From Podarcis melisellensis (lineage: Eukaryota), in NCBI GenBank assembly GCA_964234715.1, contig OZ174276.1: a stretch of 64,000 nt of DNA, one strand, 5' to 3'. Made by a program: the position numbers and the translations under genes. Positions 39,634 to 51,100 of this stretch are shown here, in pieces (the stretch's first letter is position 1; every line of letters begins with the position of its first letter). Under the pieces are notes generated by a model, which did no database searches, was not told where the DNA came from, and saw only the letters and a program-made list of their open reading frames with translations.

Positions 39634-40014
39634 GAGAACATCGCTGGGTGAGTCGCTTTTTGTTGTGGTAATAATAATTTATTTCTTGTACCCCACACAT
39701 CTGACTGGGCAGTCCCAGCCAGTCTGGGTGGCTTCCAAGCAAAACCCCTGATACTTTTCATCTTCTCTGGCCATTGCAATCCAAAGAGGTCCTTGCGTAA
39801 TTTCCTGTTTAATAGCTTGGTTCAACTTCTGTCCCTCAACAGGCGTCTTTCTTTGCTGCAGCACCCTAACATTAGAGCTAACCTATTGTTCTGTTAATCC
39901 AAGGGCCCCTTCAGTTACTCTGACATTTTTCTATTTTTTTCTGCACATGTATATTTTTCTTTCCTTAATAGCCCTATCTTTTTTCTTATGTGTGTCTCTC
40001 CATCACCCCGGCAG

Positions 40015-40113
40015 GAGTTTGGGAGAATAAATGGAGATCTCATCATTGCACTGGAAAAACCTATGAAGAATCCATTGGAATTCAGTCTGCCGCACCAGAC
40101 TCTGGGTATAACA
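40015..40113 (+). other. BSN: Predicted non-coding 3'-UTR exon of BSN
   Basis: Long polypyrimidine tract ending ccccggcag (40014) and donor ACA|gtgagt (40114). Prediction from splice signals only. Confidence 0.6.
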
Positions 40114-40640
40114 GTGAGTGTCACCTCGTTGCCTCCATTCCTACATTCTTCTGAGGGTGTGGATGAGATCAGATACTTGGCTTTCATCAAGGCTCAGAGA
40201 TGGCCCCCAAGATACAAAGCCCAGAGGAGATATTTCTTTTACCTAGTCATATGATATCCTGCTTAGCTTATGGCAATTTGCCTGATAGTTTAGGTAAGCC
40301 ATGCCACTTCCAGTCAAGAGTATATCCTGTTGCTGCTAAATGTTTGTTTAATGTCCACAGCATGCTACACACTGTACAGACTTAAAGAAAAGAGACAGTC
40401 CCCATTCAGACTTCTTACAGTCTGTATTAGGTGGATATACCTAGTGGGGGCAGGGGAAGGCAGGGACTGACACGGAGGAGGAAATGAAGGTGCAGGTCGG
40501 TGTGGCTAGGATGGTTTCAAAGAATCATAGAGTTGGAGGGGATCCTGAGGATCATCTAGTCCTGAATGCAGGAATATGCAGCTGGCCCTTAACGGGGGAC
40601 CAAACTGCAGCATTGGCGTTATCAGCACCACACTCTTAAC

Positions 40641-40920
40641 CAGGCTTTCTCAAACTCGGCCCTCCAGATGTTTTTAGCCTACAACTCCCATGATCCCTAG
40701 CTCAGTGTTTCCCAACCTTGTGCCTCCAGATGTTTTTGGCCTACAACTCCCATCATCCCTAGCTAGCAAGACCAGTGGTCAGGGATGATGGGAATTGTAG
40801 TTCAAAAACAGCTGGAGGCACAAGGTTGGGAAACACTGCCCTAGCTAGCAGGACCAGTGGTCAGGGATGATGGAAATTGTAGTCTCAAAACATCTGGAGG
40901 GCCGAGGTTGAGGAAACCTG
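40641..40920. mobile_element. Outer hAT-type MITE
   Basis: TIRs CAGGCTTTCTCAAACTCGGCCCTCCAGATGTTTT / AAAACATCTGGAGGGCCGAGGTTGAGGAAACCTG. TSD CTCTTAAC at 40633-40640 and 40921-40928. Confidence 0.9.
40703..40838. mobile_element. Inner hAT-type MITE (136 bp)
   Basis: TIRs CAGTGTTTCCCAACCTTGTGCCTCCAG / CTGGAGGCACAAGGTTGGGAAACACTG. TSD CCCTAGCT at 40695-40702 and 40839-40846. Confidence 0.92.
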
Positions 40921-40959
40921 CTCTTAACCATCTGAGTTTGGGAAAGGCCTTATTAAAGG

Positions 40960-41082
40960 AATCTCCTTCCCTAGAGGTTTTTAAGCAGAGGTTGGATGGC
41001 CATCAGTCACAATGCTTTAGCTGACATTCCTGCATTGGACTAGATGATGCTCAGGGCCCCTTCCAGCTCTACACTACGATTT
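40960..41082 (+). mobile_element. CR1 LINE 3'-end fragment
   Basis: 'tctccttccctagaggtttttaagcagaggttggatggccat..ttggactagatgatgctcagggccccttccagctct'. Confidence 0.75.
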
Positions 41083-44000
41083 AAAGAAGAAGGGCTTAAA
41101 GGAGGCTGAGGCACTAAATACTCTTACATACAGCGGGAAGATGTTTTAGACACAGAGGACAGCATGTCTGGGGACAGCAGTGGCAGGGAAAAAGAGATGA
41201 TAAAGCATGATGGAGCAAAACAGCAGGTCGCCTGCTACAGCGGAGTTCCAACGCTAACTTCCTTGCAACAGTGCCTCTGCTGCTTAACCAGGAGCGAGAG
41301 GGACTAGGCAAGAGGGAGGCCAGGATGGTGTGTGCTCAACAATGGGGCTATTCCTTTGCTCCTGCCATGGCAGCCATGCCACACCAGCCTCCCCGCCATC
41401 TCCTCCTTCCCCTTCTTCCTCCTCACATTAAGCAGCAGTGACACACCTGCCAGGATGTCGCAGCTGCGCCCCACTGGGTGAACTCTGCTACTGTGATAGA
41501 GGAAGCAAGAAAATGAAGGTGTGGGATAACACCTAGTTGGCACAATGTCATATAACCTCCCTGCAAACAAATCAGTATGGATGCTCCATAAATAACTGGG
41601 GTTGTCCCCGCAAACGCTGTGCAAACAAATCAGGATGAATGGCCAATAAATAGATTGTCTGGAACCAACTGTAGAAATGTGTCCCATTTGTTTGGTGCTT
41701 AACTCTGTTGTCTGGAATGGTAAGGCATCAAAATGGGTTTGCTGTGGCATAAAATTTATTCTATCAGCCATAGCCTTAAATAATTAAGCCCCCAGACCAG
41801 CAATCCAGATGTAAAATGGATAACGGGGGGCATAAGAAGAAGACATGATGAGGATATTTGCTCTTTGCTGCTTATTTTGACTAAGAAATACCGCTTCGCT
41901 CAGCACAATATTGCAGTGACTGTTTTGGGGAAAGCAGCTGTTATTAGCAGTCCTCTCACTGCAGGCAGCAGACAACAATCCTTTCTCTTTGCTCTATCAA
42001 TAGAACACAGCAGCTCATCTGGAAGCGGGAGGGGAAAGAACCTGTTTTGTGCATTGCTGTGCTAAGTTCCACCAGGAAAGCCAGTGTGCCATATGCAGAA
42101 CACTCTTACCTTGGGAAGAGTTGAAATGAGGGGAAGAGGCAGAGAGACCATGGCAGCTTCAGAATGTGGGTAGCAGCACAAGCCTGCATAGGCCCCAGGG
42201 CCACAGCCCTGAGCCACAAGCAGAGAGAGAATATTTTTGTCCAGCTGATTCCATCCCCTGGGTGTGCTCAGAGCTTTGCCACTTACAGCACTATCTCCTT
42301 TCATGGCCCTGTCTGTGTTTTTGTCCATTTTAGAGAGCTCACTGAAAGGACTGCATGCTTTTTGATTTGAGGGGGAAATTGAACTTATCCCAGCTGAGGT
42401 AAGTGGGTAGCTTCTTACACTTGCTGCCTCAGTCTGTACATTGCAGTGTGAGCCAGGTCTGCCCCCGGGTTTGAGTGGAGAGGTGAAAGCAAACAACAAA
42501 TCTCTTTGGGGAAAGTGCTGGCTCTTTCAATCCTCAGTTTTAGACAACCCCAGTATGAAACAGTTGCATCTCAGTAAGCGTGGGCAGCTGATGTCATTAT
42601 GTAAACTGTTCATGCTCTTTGATTGGTGGTCTTTCCTGGCTAGTTCTTTGGGTTGCTTTTGTGCTTTGGTTTTGAGAAATGAGAGAGGCGCCCTGCTGCC
42701 ACAAACAGTATAGTACAGCAGAGCTTTCTCAGGTGGTGCTGTGAGTGAATATCCAGAGAGGATCAGGAAAAATTGTGCCAAACCATGGCATGGCAAGAAA
42801 TTGTGTTTCTGTGAATGACCTAATGTAAATATAATATTTCTGATTCTCTCTTTTGTCTCATCAAGCTTTTGAAACCATGGAAAACCACTAGGCTGCGAGA
42901 TGGAAGGCGGAAGAGATCTTTATGAAGACATTTGCCAGTGGATCCCATAAGAAGCTCCTTGAGGACATCTGAGCCAACTGTCGCAAAAGGCTTTCAGAAG
43001 CCGCCTGCTGTCAACTCCACGGTGTTCGTTGCATGAGCCCCAAGGGGTGAAGGCAGACGCTTAGTCTGAGAAGATGTACATAAAAGACGTTTACAGAACA
43101 TGGCCCGGTCCCAGCTTGTCACACAGACTGGCCACTTCCCTGATCCTGGAGGGGATGTCTGGGGCTCCAGAGACTACTCACTGCGGTGGTTCCATTTGTG
43201 CCTAAGGTCTAATGTTGGGAGCCATGGCCCTTTCTTGAGATTATACGCAGAGTTTTCTCTCTTACTGAATTTTAACTCTAGAATCTTCATAGGTTTTTCC
43301 CACTCTCCAAGATGTGCTTGAGTCGAGGGCTGGGAGCTGGGGGCTCTGCTCTTCACATTCCAGTTTGCCCTGTCGGTCGCTCCGCCTGCACAGTGTTTGT
43401 TCCCTCTCATCCTCCCTGCAATGGAAAGCATGGGATGAAGAGAACTTCGACTAGGACCTAACACTGTTTCACCACTGAGATAAGAGGCCATAGGACTCTG
43501 AAAGGCAGTGCAAACTGGCTGACTATTGACTGAAGCAAATGCTGGCCAGGCATGTCTATCAGCCACCCCAAAGCCATCCTGAAGCCATTCTAAAGCATTC
43601 AAATGGCAGTGCTTTCCGTTGTTAGTGTTGTGCATTGTTTTATGTATGCCTGGGGATTATTTTTATTTCAAAAACAGCCTTAATCATTCCACTTTTATTT
43701 ATGCGTATACCTCATCAGCACCCAGCAACTGGGGGTTTGGATTTATTTTAAATTTTGTTTTTTTGTGAGGTTCTTTTTTGTTCTCAGTTTTTGTTTTTTA
43801 CTTTGTATCGAACATACTGTTTTTCCTCTTTGCTTTGTCCTGCGTTAGCACATGGACTGTTGTCGGTAGAAGCAATAGAGTGCAGAAGGCTACAAAAAAG
43901 AGCACAATCCAGTGTGATGAGATCAGGAGAGCTTGCCTCTGCCATCCTCCTTCCTACTACTACTGTGCAATTCAAGTCCTTCTTAAGCCATTACCAGTGG

Positions 44001-47000
44001 GCATGCTCAGAACGATGGAGGAGCTCCCTGGGGGCAGGATGTCGCTGAACCTCCTGGCACTTTTACCCGCGAGAGCCGATAGAAAACCCTGTGAAACGGC
44101 TCCTCTTTTCCTTTGCTGTAAAGAATCCAGCAAGTGTATGGATGCTCTGGCTCCCATTTGTCTGCGCTGTCTGTTTCCTGCCCGTCTCTCGTCCACACTG
44201 AGCATGCTCAAGAGCAACAATTCATTGGTGTGACCCATAGGAGCTTCCATTCACCGTGGGTAACAGCAAAATGATTCTCATGTCTAATGTTCTATGCAAT
44301 GAAATAACAAAACAAAAAAAAGTTTAAAAAAACAACTGTTAATATTTAATAAGTTCAATGTTATGTATAAGGATTTAATTGCAAATGTGCTATTGAGAAA
44401 CTGGATAGGTATCTTTATATCGAACACCTGTGCGTATGAAGTTTTCAATTAGTGGCATGCTTGACCCATCCGAGGGACACTTTTGCCAAAGGGTAGCCAT
44501 AGAGCCGGTGACTGTCTCTGTCTGTTGTAGAGCATGGCTTGCTACTTCTCTGCACGGTTTCATCTATTTAGAATGCTTGCCGTTCTTTGCTTGAGGTTTT
44601 TTTTCTCTCTCTCTTTCTCTCTCCAGTTGGTTCATCATCACTTCTGAATGCCATTAGCAGATTTATGCACTTGTTATTGAAGGCCTGTCAGTGACACCAT
44701 GAAGCATCATTATCCTGCAGAATGTAACACCAGATGTGTCCTGTGGAACTCCATTAACTCTTGGTCCTTTGCCACATCCTTCCCTGGAGTAGCCATTAGT
44801 GTCCAGTTCAAGGGGCTTCCTGGGCTTTCTTGAGACCTGAAGCACATTCCTCCTGGCCAAAAAAATATTAAGCCCAAATTCTATATTGGTTCAAGAGCAC
44901 CACAGGCTGGGGGAGGTGTTCCAAGACTCAGTTGCCCCAATAAATTCTGCATGGACAATTTGAGCAGTGTGGCATCAGTTAGTGCAAAGAAAGCACCTCA
45001 TTCCCCTCCCCTAAGTTCAGAACCTGGGAAACAGCAGTGATGTTTCCTGTTCCCACAAGCACAATGTTAATGAATAAAGACCTACTCAACCGCAGCTCCT
45101 GACAATGGGAGGCTGACAGCCACTGAGCGGTGCAGTTTAAGCTGAAGTAGGTTGCAGAATAGAGACCATTTCAACTCACTTCCGCCATACCAAGCACCCT
45201 TGGTACAATGATGGTGCAGGGCCTTTTCCTCCATGGTTAGACTCCAAGGCAGAGCTCTGCAAAAATTGGAACAAAACTGTATGAGCTTTTTCTGACAGAG
45301 GAGAAGGGGAAAGGTTAAGAGGCAACTACCTCTGTTACACGAGAGGTTCTTGCAAACACAGAAGTTTGTTACATTTTTAAGAGAACCTGACAGATCAGTG
45401 AGTCTAAGGGCCATGTCCCCCCTTTTGCAGAGGCAAACCTGGGTACCAACTGGACACTCAAGGAGCAGCAGCTCACCAGGACTCCTTGACTTGTATTCCT
45501 GGTCTATTTGATGCTTAAAACACACTTGCAAATGTGTTTCACGCTTTTCTATTTTATGTGAGCACTTAAAAAGGGAGCATGCTGAAAAAGGAATGTATGC
45601 TGTGGCCCTTAGGCAGCTGGGGGTTGGAATCACATGAGCTCTCTACAGTAATTAATCCAGGTCTGCATTATTTTGATATAAGCCTTAATGTTACAAGAGA
45701 CTCATGTGAACAGCTAGCATATCGTGTGGTTCATTTTCTAACTAAAAAGAAGAGGACTGTGACACTATAAGCAAAACTATAAAGCCAGACATGCTTGCAT
45801 GGTTCCCATGGAGTGCACTTAGGGAAGGCTCACACTTTGCAACGCCTTTGGCCAGCAGCGGCCTCTCCTTGTCATCTTAGAGAGCACATTCACACATCAA
45901 TTGCCTGCGCTCCTAGTTTGTCACTATGGTGCCCAACTAGAGATCTGGCCAAAAGCCTTAGAAAAGGCAGATCCCTTTTTGCCTCGGACACCTATGCAAT
46001 GAGAACCAGTGTCTGCCTGAGGGAGACACAGTCATCCCCACCAGCTGTGTGGATGGATGAAGGGGACCAGGGTCAAAGTCTACAGGGTCGAAGCTACACG
46101 GGCAATGCAACTGCACCTGATACCCGAATGGGTCTGGTGCAGACATGATGTTGAGTTGCAAGTCTAAAAATACTAGTAGGAAGGTCTCTTGATGGTAGTT
46201 CAGTTGTTTGCTAAGAACCCAGCTTCTCAGTCAAGATGCAGATATACTGCCTACACAACCTTTGACACTATCTTCCCCTCCTGCTCTGGTACCATTGAGT
46301 GACCTCTAAGCCTTAAGTTATTCCTTCCCATGGATTAAGAGGTAGGGAAAGTTATCATATGTATCTAGACTAGAGGCTGTCTTCTAAAGTAGCCAAGCCA
46401 GGGTATTTTACCAGCATGGAATGCTTTGTAGAACGAAGGCCAATCATTTGATACAGCAGTTGGCTTAGGACATGGAAATTCATGTAGGAGATAAAGGCAG
46501 AGGCCATGCTTTCAAGCTGGCTGCCTCTTGAATTCCTTGCACTGTTGAATTGGTTACTCTACTAATAAAAGCATAAGCAGGTACTTGGGCCCTACCTCAC
46601 TGTGCTGTCTCATTGGAGGAGACCAGAAAATATCACCTTAGCTTCAGAGAATGCTAGTTGAGTTTTCCATGGGCAAGGAATCTGCACACTCGCCTTGTTG
46701 GCAATCACCCATTGTAAAGACCCAGTTTTGGCAGCAGTCTGCGTACCTGTTTGGTTCATCTTGGAGTTGTGGCCACCATAGCAGTTATGGAGTTCATGGA
46801 TCTTTCTGATGATAGACAGACTGGAAATAATTCCAAGTAGAAGGGGTGGCAGCTACTCATAGTGGACATACAGGATGGAAGGCTTGGTTGGTAAGCATAT
46901 GTTCTTGGCAGCTGCTTCAGCTAGGATGGCTAGCTGGGGTAGAGACTCCCAAAATGGAGATTTGCTTCCAACTTGAGTCAAACAAGGCATTTGGTAGCAA

Positions 47001-47230
47001 CAACTGCAAGTTTCTCCACCCAGCTCCTTCCCTGCCACTCAGGCTTCCCCTGTCCCCCCACCCCACCCCCAAAATATACAAAGGATTACCCACAATGACA
47101 AGTGCAAAATCTGAGGATGCTTCTTCAGGGCTCTAGGTTGAATTTGTGTCCCCTACAGGTTTTCTCAACAGTGGCTGCTACAACCTCCCTCCCTCCCTTC
47201 CATTGTAAATATTTGTACAGTGTGTAAAAT

Positions 47231-47236
47231 AATAAA
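47231..47236 (+). terminator. Candidate proximal polyadenylation signal of BSN
   Basis: AATAAA preceded by several TGTA elements and TGTAAATA (47204-47211). Confidence 0.45.
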
Positions 47237-47781
47237 ACTAAATTAAAAATCTCATGTGGTATGAAGAAAAAAAAAAGAAAAACAACAACTCACAGGCCCC
47301 TTTTCGGGGGGCTCCATCTCACCAACCAGCACACCTGCCAACTCTTGCTTTTGTGTACAAAAGATCAACAAACAAAGCCTGGTGTTTGTGACTGGCTCCT
47401 TTGGACTGTTCCTCTTCTTGCAAAGCATAGCAGAGTCTTGTAGAGTTGTTGTGGCTGTCACATGACATGTACCTTTCATGCCCTCGTCCTGCCTCCCATG
47501 TATCTTGAGTTGTTCCCTTATCTCTTTTTTATTTTTATTATCTTGGAGGCAGGAGGGGTTCTGTATAAAAATTATTTTAAAAAATACCAACCACCACCCA
47601 TCAAACAAAAGAAGAAGTTTACAGTTGTAAGTGCAATGACCTAAATCCTTTATCTGAACATTGTAAATGATGTGTGTGTCCTGCTGTGCTCTGTGAGAAC
47701 TTGTAGTATTTCAGTGTACCACCTCATGTATTGTGATTCCGTATGGGAAGTTGCCCTACAAGGTATTTCTGTGGAAAACAG

Positions 47782-47787
47782 AATAAA
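47782..47787 (+). terminator. Candidate distal polyadenylation signal of BSN
   Basis: AATAAA after a TGTA-rich UTR-like end. Repeats resume immediately downstream. Confidence 0.6.
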
Positions 47788-47821
47788 AGGACTTAATATG
47801 ATTCACAAGGCTGAGTCCCTG

Positions 47822-47899
47822 CCTGCTGGGGGCACATAAAGTTAGGGTGGGTCCCCCCCCTGCTGGGGGCACATAAAGTTAGGGTGGGTCCCCCCCCCC
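47822..47899. repeat. 37-bp perfect tandem duplication
   Basis: CCTGCTGGGGGCACATAAAGTTAGGGTGGGTCCCCCC x2. Confidence 0.95.
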
Positions 47900-47988
47900 A
47901 GGGAGGTTACCTAGATTTGAAACCGGTGTAAACTTTCCTTCTCCATACACTTCCTTCTAGAGTCTAGTTTTCAGATTGGTGGTACAGC

Positions 47989-48107
47989 CAGTGCTATTTT
48001 TTCTAGAAAACGAGGTGCTGGAACTCTTACAGTGGCAATGGTGCCCACCTCTGAGGTGCCGGAACAGAGTTCCGCTTAGTTCCGGTTGTGGGAGGGGAAA
48101 AGCCCTG
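47989..48107. mobile_element. hAT-type MITE, same family as 14195-14296
   Basis: CAGTGCTATTTTTTCTAGAAAACGAGGTGCTGGAACTC...GAAAAGCCCTG. Perfect TSD GGTACAGC at 47981-47988 and 48108-48115. Confidence 0.85.
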
Positions 48108-51100
48108 GGTACAGCCATATCTGGACAGCACTCCTTCAGACTATGGAAGACAATTCCCGTAGCTGAATGTAACTGAAAATGGCCTGGACTCACAGAAAAC
48201 CACCACTCCGATAACGAAGCCAGAACTAATGAGCATCAGTCGCTGCCTTATAGATTGCAGCTGTCACAGACCTAGTCAGCACATGAGGCTGCCATGGTCA
48301 AATTAGTCTGGGTCTTTCCCAATTCTAAAAGGAGAGCTGTACCAGCTGGAAAGGGCCATCTATGCACCGGTCATACTGACCACAGTGTACCAGAATGGAG
48401 GTACTTTTACGTGCCACAGAAAGGTGCACACACACCCATGGCTCCAGATGTCTCAAGAGTCCTTTCACACACACTCATCCGGCAAGAGATCCAATACGTG
48501 CAGTAGAGGATTTGCTCCTCACCCTGACTGTATTCAAAGGAACATGTGACACAAGTATTACAATCAGCCATCTAGCTGTACGTCCACAGGGTCAATTTGT
48601 GTGATCAGTCCCCCTCGGGAGAAAAAGGGGGGGAGGGAAGAGAACCCAGAATGGTCCATTGTGTGTACAGTGTGCTTCTCCCTTTGCACTAAATAACATT
48701 CCTGCATTACTGAAAAATCCCAGAGAGAAGGGGGCTGCGGCTGGTGTCTCTTTCTTTTACTGCATCCATAAGCATAATGTTGCAGTGCCAGGCCAACCCA
48801 ACAAGCAGTATAGATGGATCCCTCAGGCATCAGCAGTCAGCTCTAGGGGTGGGGAGGAGTTACACATAGCAAGATATATCCAGTGGAGTCCTGACTGATG
48901 AAAGCAGACAGCTTATACCTGCTGCAGCTGTCACAGATCTAGTCACACCATGAGTGCCCAAAGCCTGCTCCCATAATTCCCAGATTCCCTGCTACATCAC
49001 TTATTCCCAGGGCCCTGATAAGCATCAATGACTTTCTGAGGATCCTGATTGGACTGACTTGCATCTTCATGACAGGTGAGCTCATGAAGTTGCTTCACAC
49101 TGTCAGACACTGACCCCTGGTCCCACTAGTCCAATACTGTTTACTCTGGCAGACAGCAGCACCCCCACCTGAGCCTCGGGCAAAGGTTTTTGCCAGCTCT
49201 GCTAGCAGAGTTCTCTTAATTGGTGATGCCAGGGATTGAAACTGGGATTTCTGCACTTCCATGGAGTGACAGCCCTTCCTGTAAATCCAGACTTGCTGTG
49301 CCTAGATTTGCTACTAATCCATTAATCACATCACCCTGCCGCATTCAATAGACAGAGTTCCAGGTCTTTCAGACAAATCCTTTAGGACAGGTAGCTGAGA
49401 TCTGTGCTCCGCCAGAAAGGTACCTGGTCTAGCCCCTCAGATGTCATCTGGGTAGTCATCAATAGCAGACCCAGACAGAACATGTTACAGTAGTCTAGCC
49501 ATGAGGTCACAAAAGCATATTTGCTAGGTTTGGGTAGCATTAAAAAAGCTATCCCAAAATGTAGCCAGATGCATTATAAGGCTATGAACCAGAAAAGCTA
49601 GAGGAGTTGCAGTCCCCCTTCCCCAAGATCTGCTTCCTTCATTGAAGAATCAAAGTAAGATGTAAAGGGCTATATCCTAGCAGACTGGTGACACACACTG
49701 AACACTTCACAATCTCATTTAGCGGCTTCATGTTTATTTTCAAAAGGTGAGATACTTGGTTGGAACCTAATAAGATTCTAGAGCAGGACTCGCCAACACA
49801 GTGCCTGCAAAATGTTGGACTATTACTCCCATCAGCCTCAGCGAGCTTGGCCAGTGATCATGGATGAGGGGAATCGTGATTCAACAACACTGCTATCCTA
49901 GAGGGGAAATGCCATGAGCAGATAGATCTATGCCCTACAAACCAGCAGTGAGTAAGACCACTCTAAAGGATACAAATGGCGGCAAGGGGCATCATAAAGT
50001 CACTCAAACAATATGAACGATTTGGTTAACAATGTGGAAGCCTGCAGAAAGGTTTTGTGAGCTCAATAGGTGGAAATGGTTTGTTTCTACCTCAAGGTTA
50101 AGATCACTAACAAGGACCACAAATGCTATGGGCCAAGTTTGGGGGAGGAAAAGGGAAACATTTTTAAAAGGTTAGAAAAATAAATGGTATTGGGAAATGC
50201 AGAAGAAACAGAATCAAGGAGCCTTCCTTGGGGAAGGTTTAAAACTAATTCATCACTGGTTAGTAGCTAACATGCTACCTACCTACAGATGATGTTGGGC
50301 TATACAGTTCCCAACATCTCTAACCACTGGCCATGCTGGCTGGCAGTGTTGGGAGCTCAAAGTTCAACAATTTTCGGAAGGCAACACTTTGGTTCTTGCT
50401 AGGGTGGGGAGCCTGGACCCAATATTGATTCTCTCTCTTTTAACCAGGGACTGAATTACTGTGGGTTTAAGGCTGTCCAGCACTCTCCCAAAATAATCCC
50501 TGTGTTGTTGGGTTGTTTTTTTAAAAAAAAACACAGCCAAAGGACGCAATTTCTCCCCGTTTCTATGTCTTTGTATGATTTTAGGCGGGGTTGTTATAAA
50601 AAAGAACAGCGTCTTTTACTTCTCAGAATTGCTTCTGCTGCTTTTTCAGCACACACAGAGAGAGCTCAAATCGGCTTCAGGTACAGACATAGTTCATATC
50701 ACATCCAAGGCTTTAAACAAGCACATTACATGTCAGGAATAGTATGGAAGAAGATGCCCACCTGCTGCTGTCTCCAACCCTGAGGCTGCAAGGGCTTAAA
50801 GCATCAAGGCCTGTCAAAGACATTGCTTCTCTCAGAAAGCCAATTACCCTGCCCCCTCTTCTTCTTTTAACTGTTTGTCCCTCTCCCGTCATGTTACCAT
50901 ACCTGGGTCGGTCTCAGCCCACCCACTGCATATGGATGCAGCTCCCACTCAGTGCCTGCAGAGCCATCTGCCACCGAGTGCTTCCTGTTGCAGTTCATCT
51001 GATTAGCAGCACACAGGAAGCGCCAATCTGGAAGGTGTGATTTGTCATTCCACTCCAGTCACCCTGCCGTGGGGGCAGCTTCCCACTCGGCTTTGCAGGG

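Larger units (their letters stand above)
40521..40937 (-). mobile_element. tRNA-Ile-derived SINE with CR1-type tail, split by nested MITEs
   Basis: After removing the inserts the minus strand reads CTCAGATGGTTAAGAGTGTGGTGCTGATAACGCCAA (tRNA-Ile-like) ... GGACTAGATGATCCTCAGGATCCCCTCCAACTCTATGATTCT (CR1 3' tail). Confidence 0.75.
42866..47810 (+). other. BSN: Predicted terminal 3'-UTR exon of BSN (~4.9 kb)
   Basis: Candidate acceptor ctctcttttgtctcatcaag (42865). Region appears repeat-poor, with U-rich blocks, a Pumilio element, miRNA seed matches, and AATAAA at 47231 and 47782. Boundaries inferred. Confidence 0.55.

Noticed and set aside
40590-40937. tRNA-Ile gene on the minus strand
   Set aside because: Degenerate B box, interrupted by MITEs and fused to a CR1 tail, so it is a SINE and not a functional tRNA.
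48890-48925. Other CTGATGA motifs (also near 26399 and 27871) as hammerhead cores
   Set aside because: No stem II followed by GAAA and a UH site with a closing stem I.
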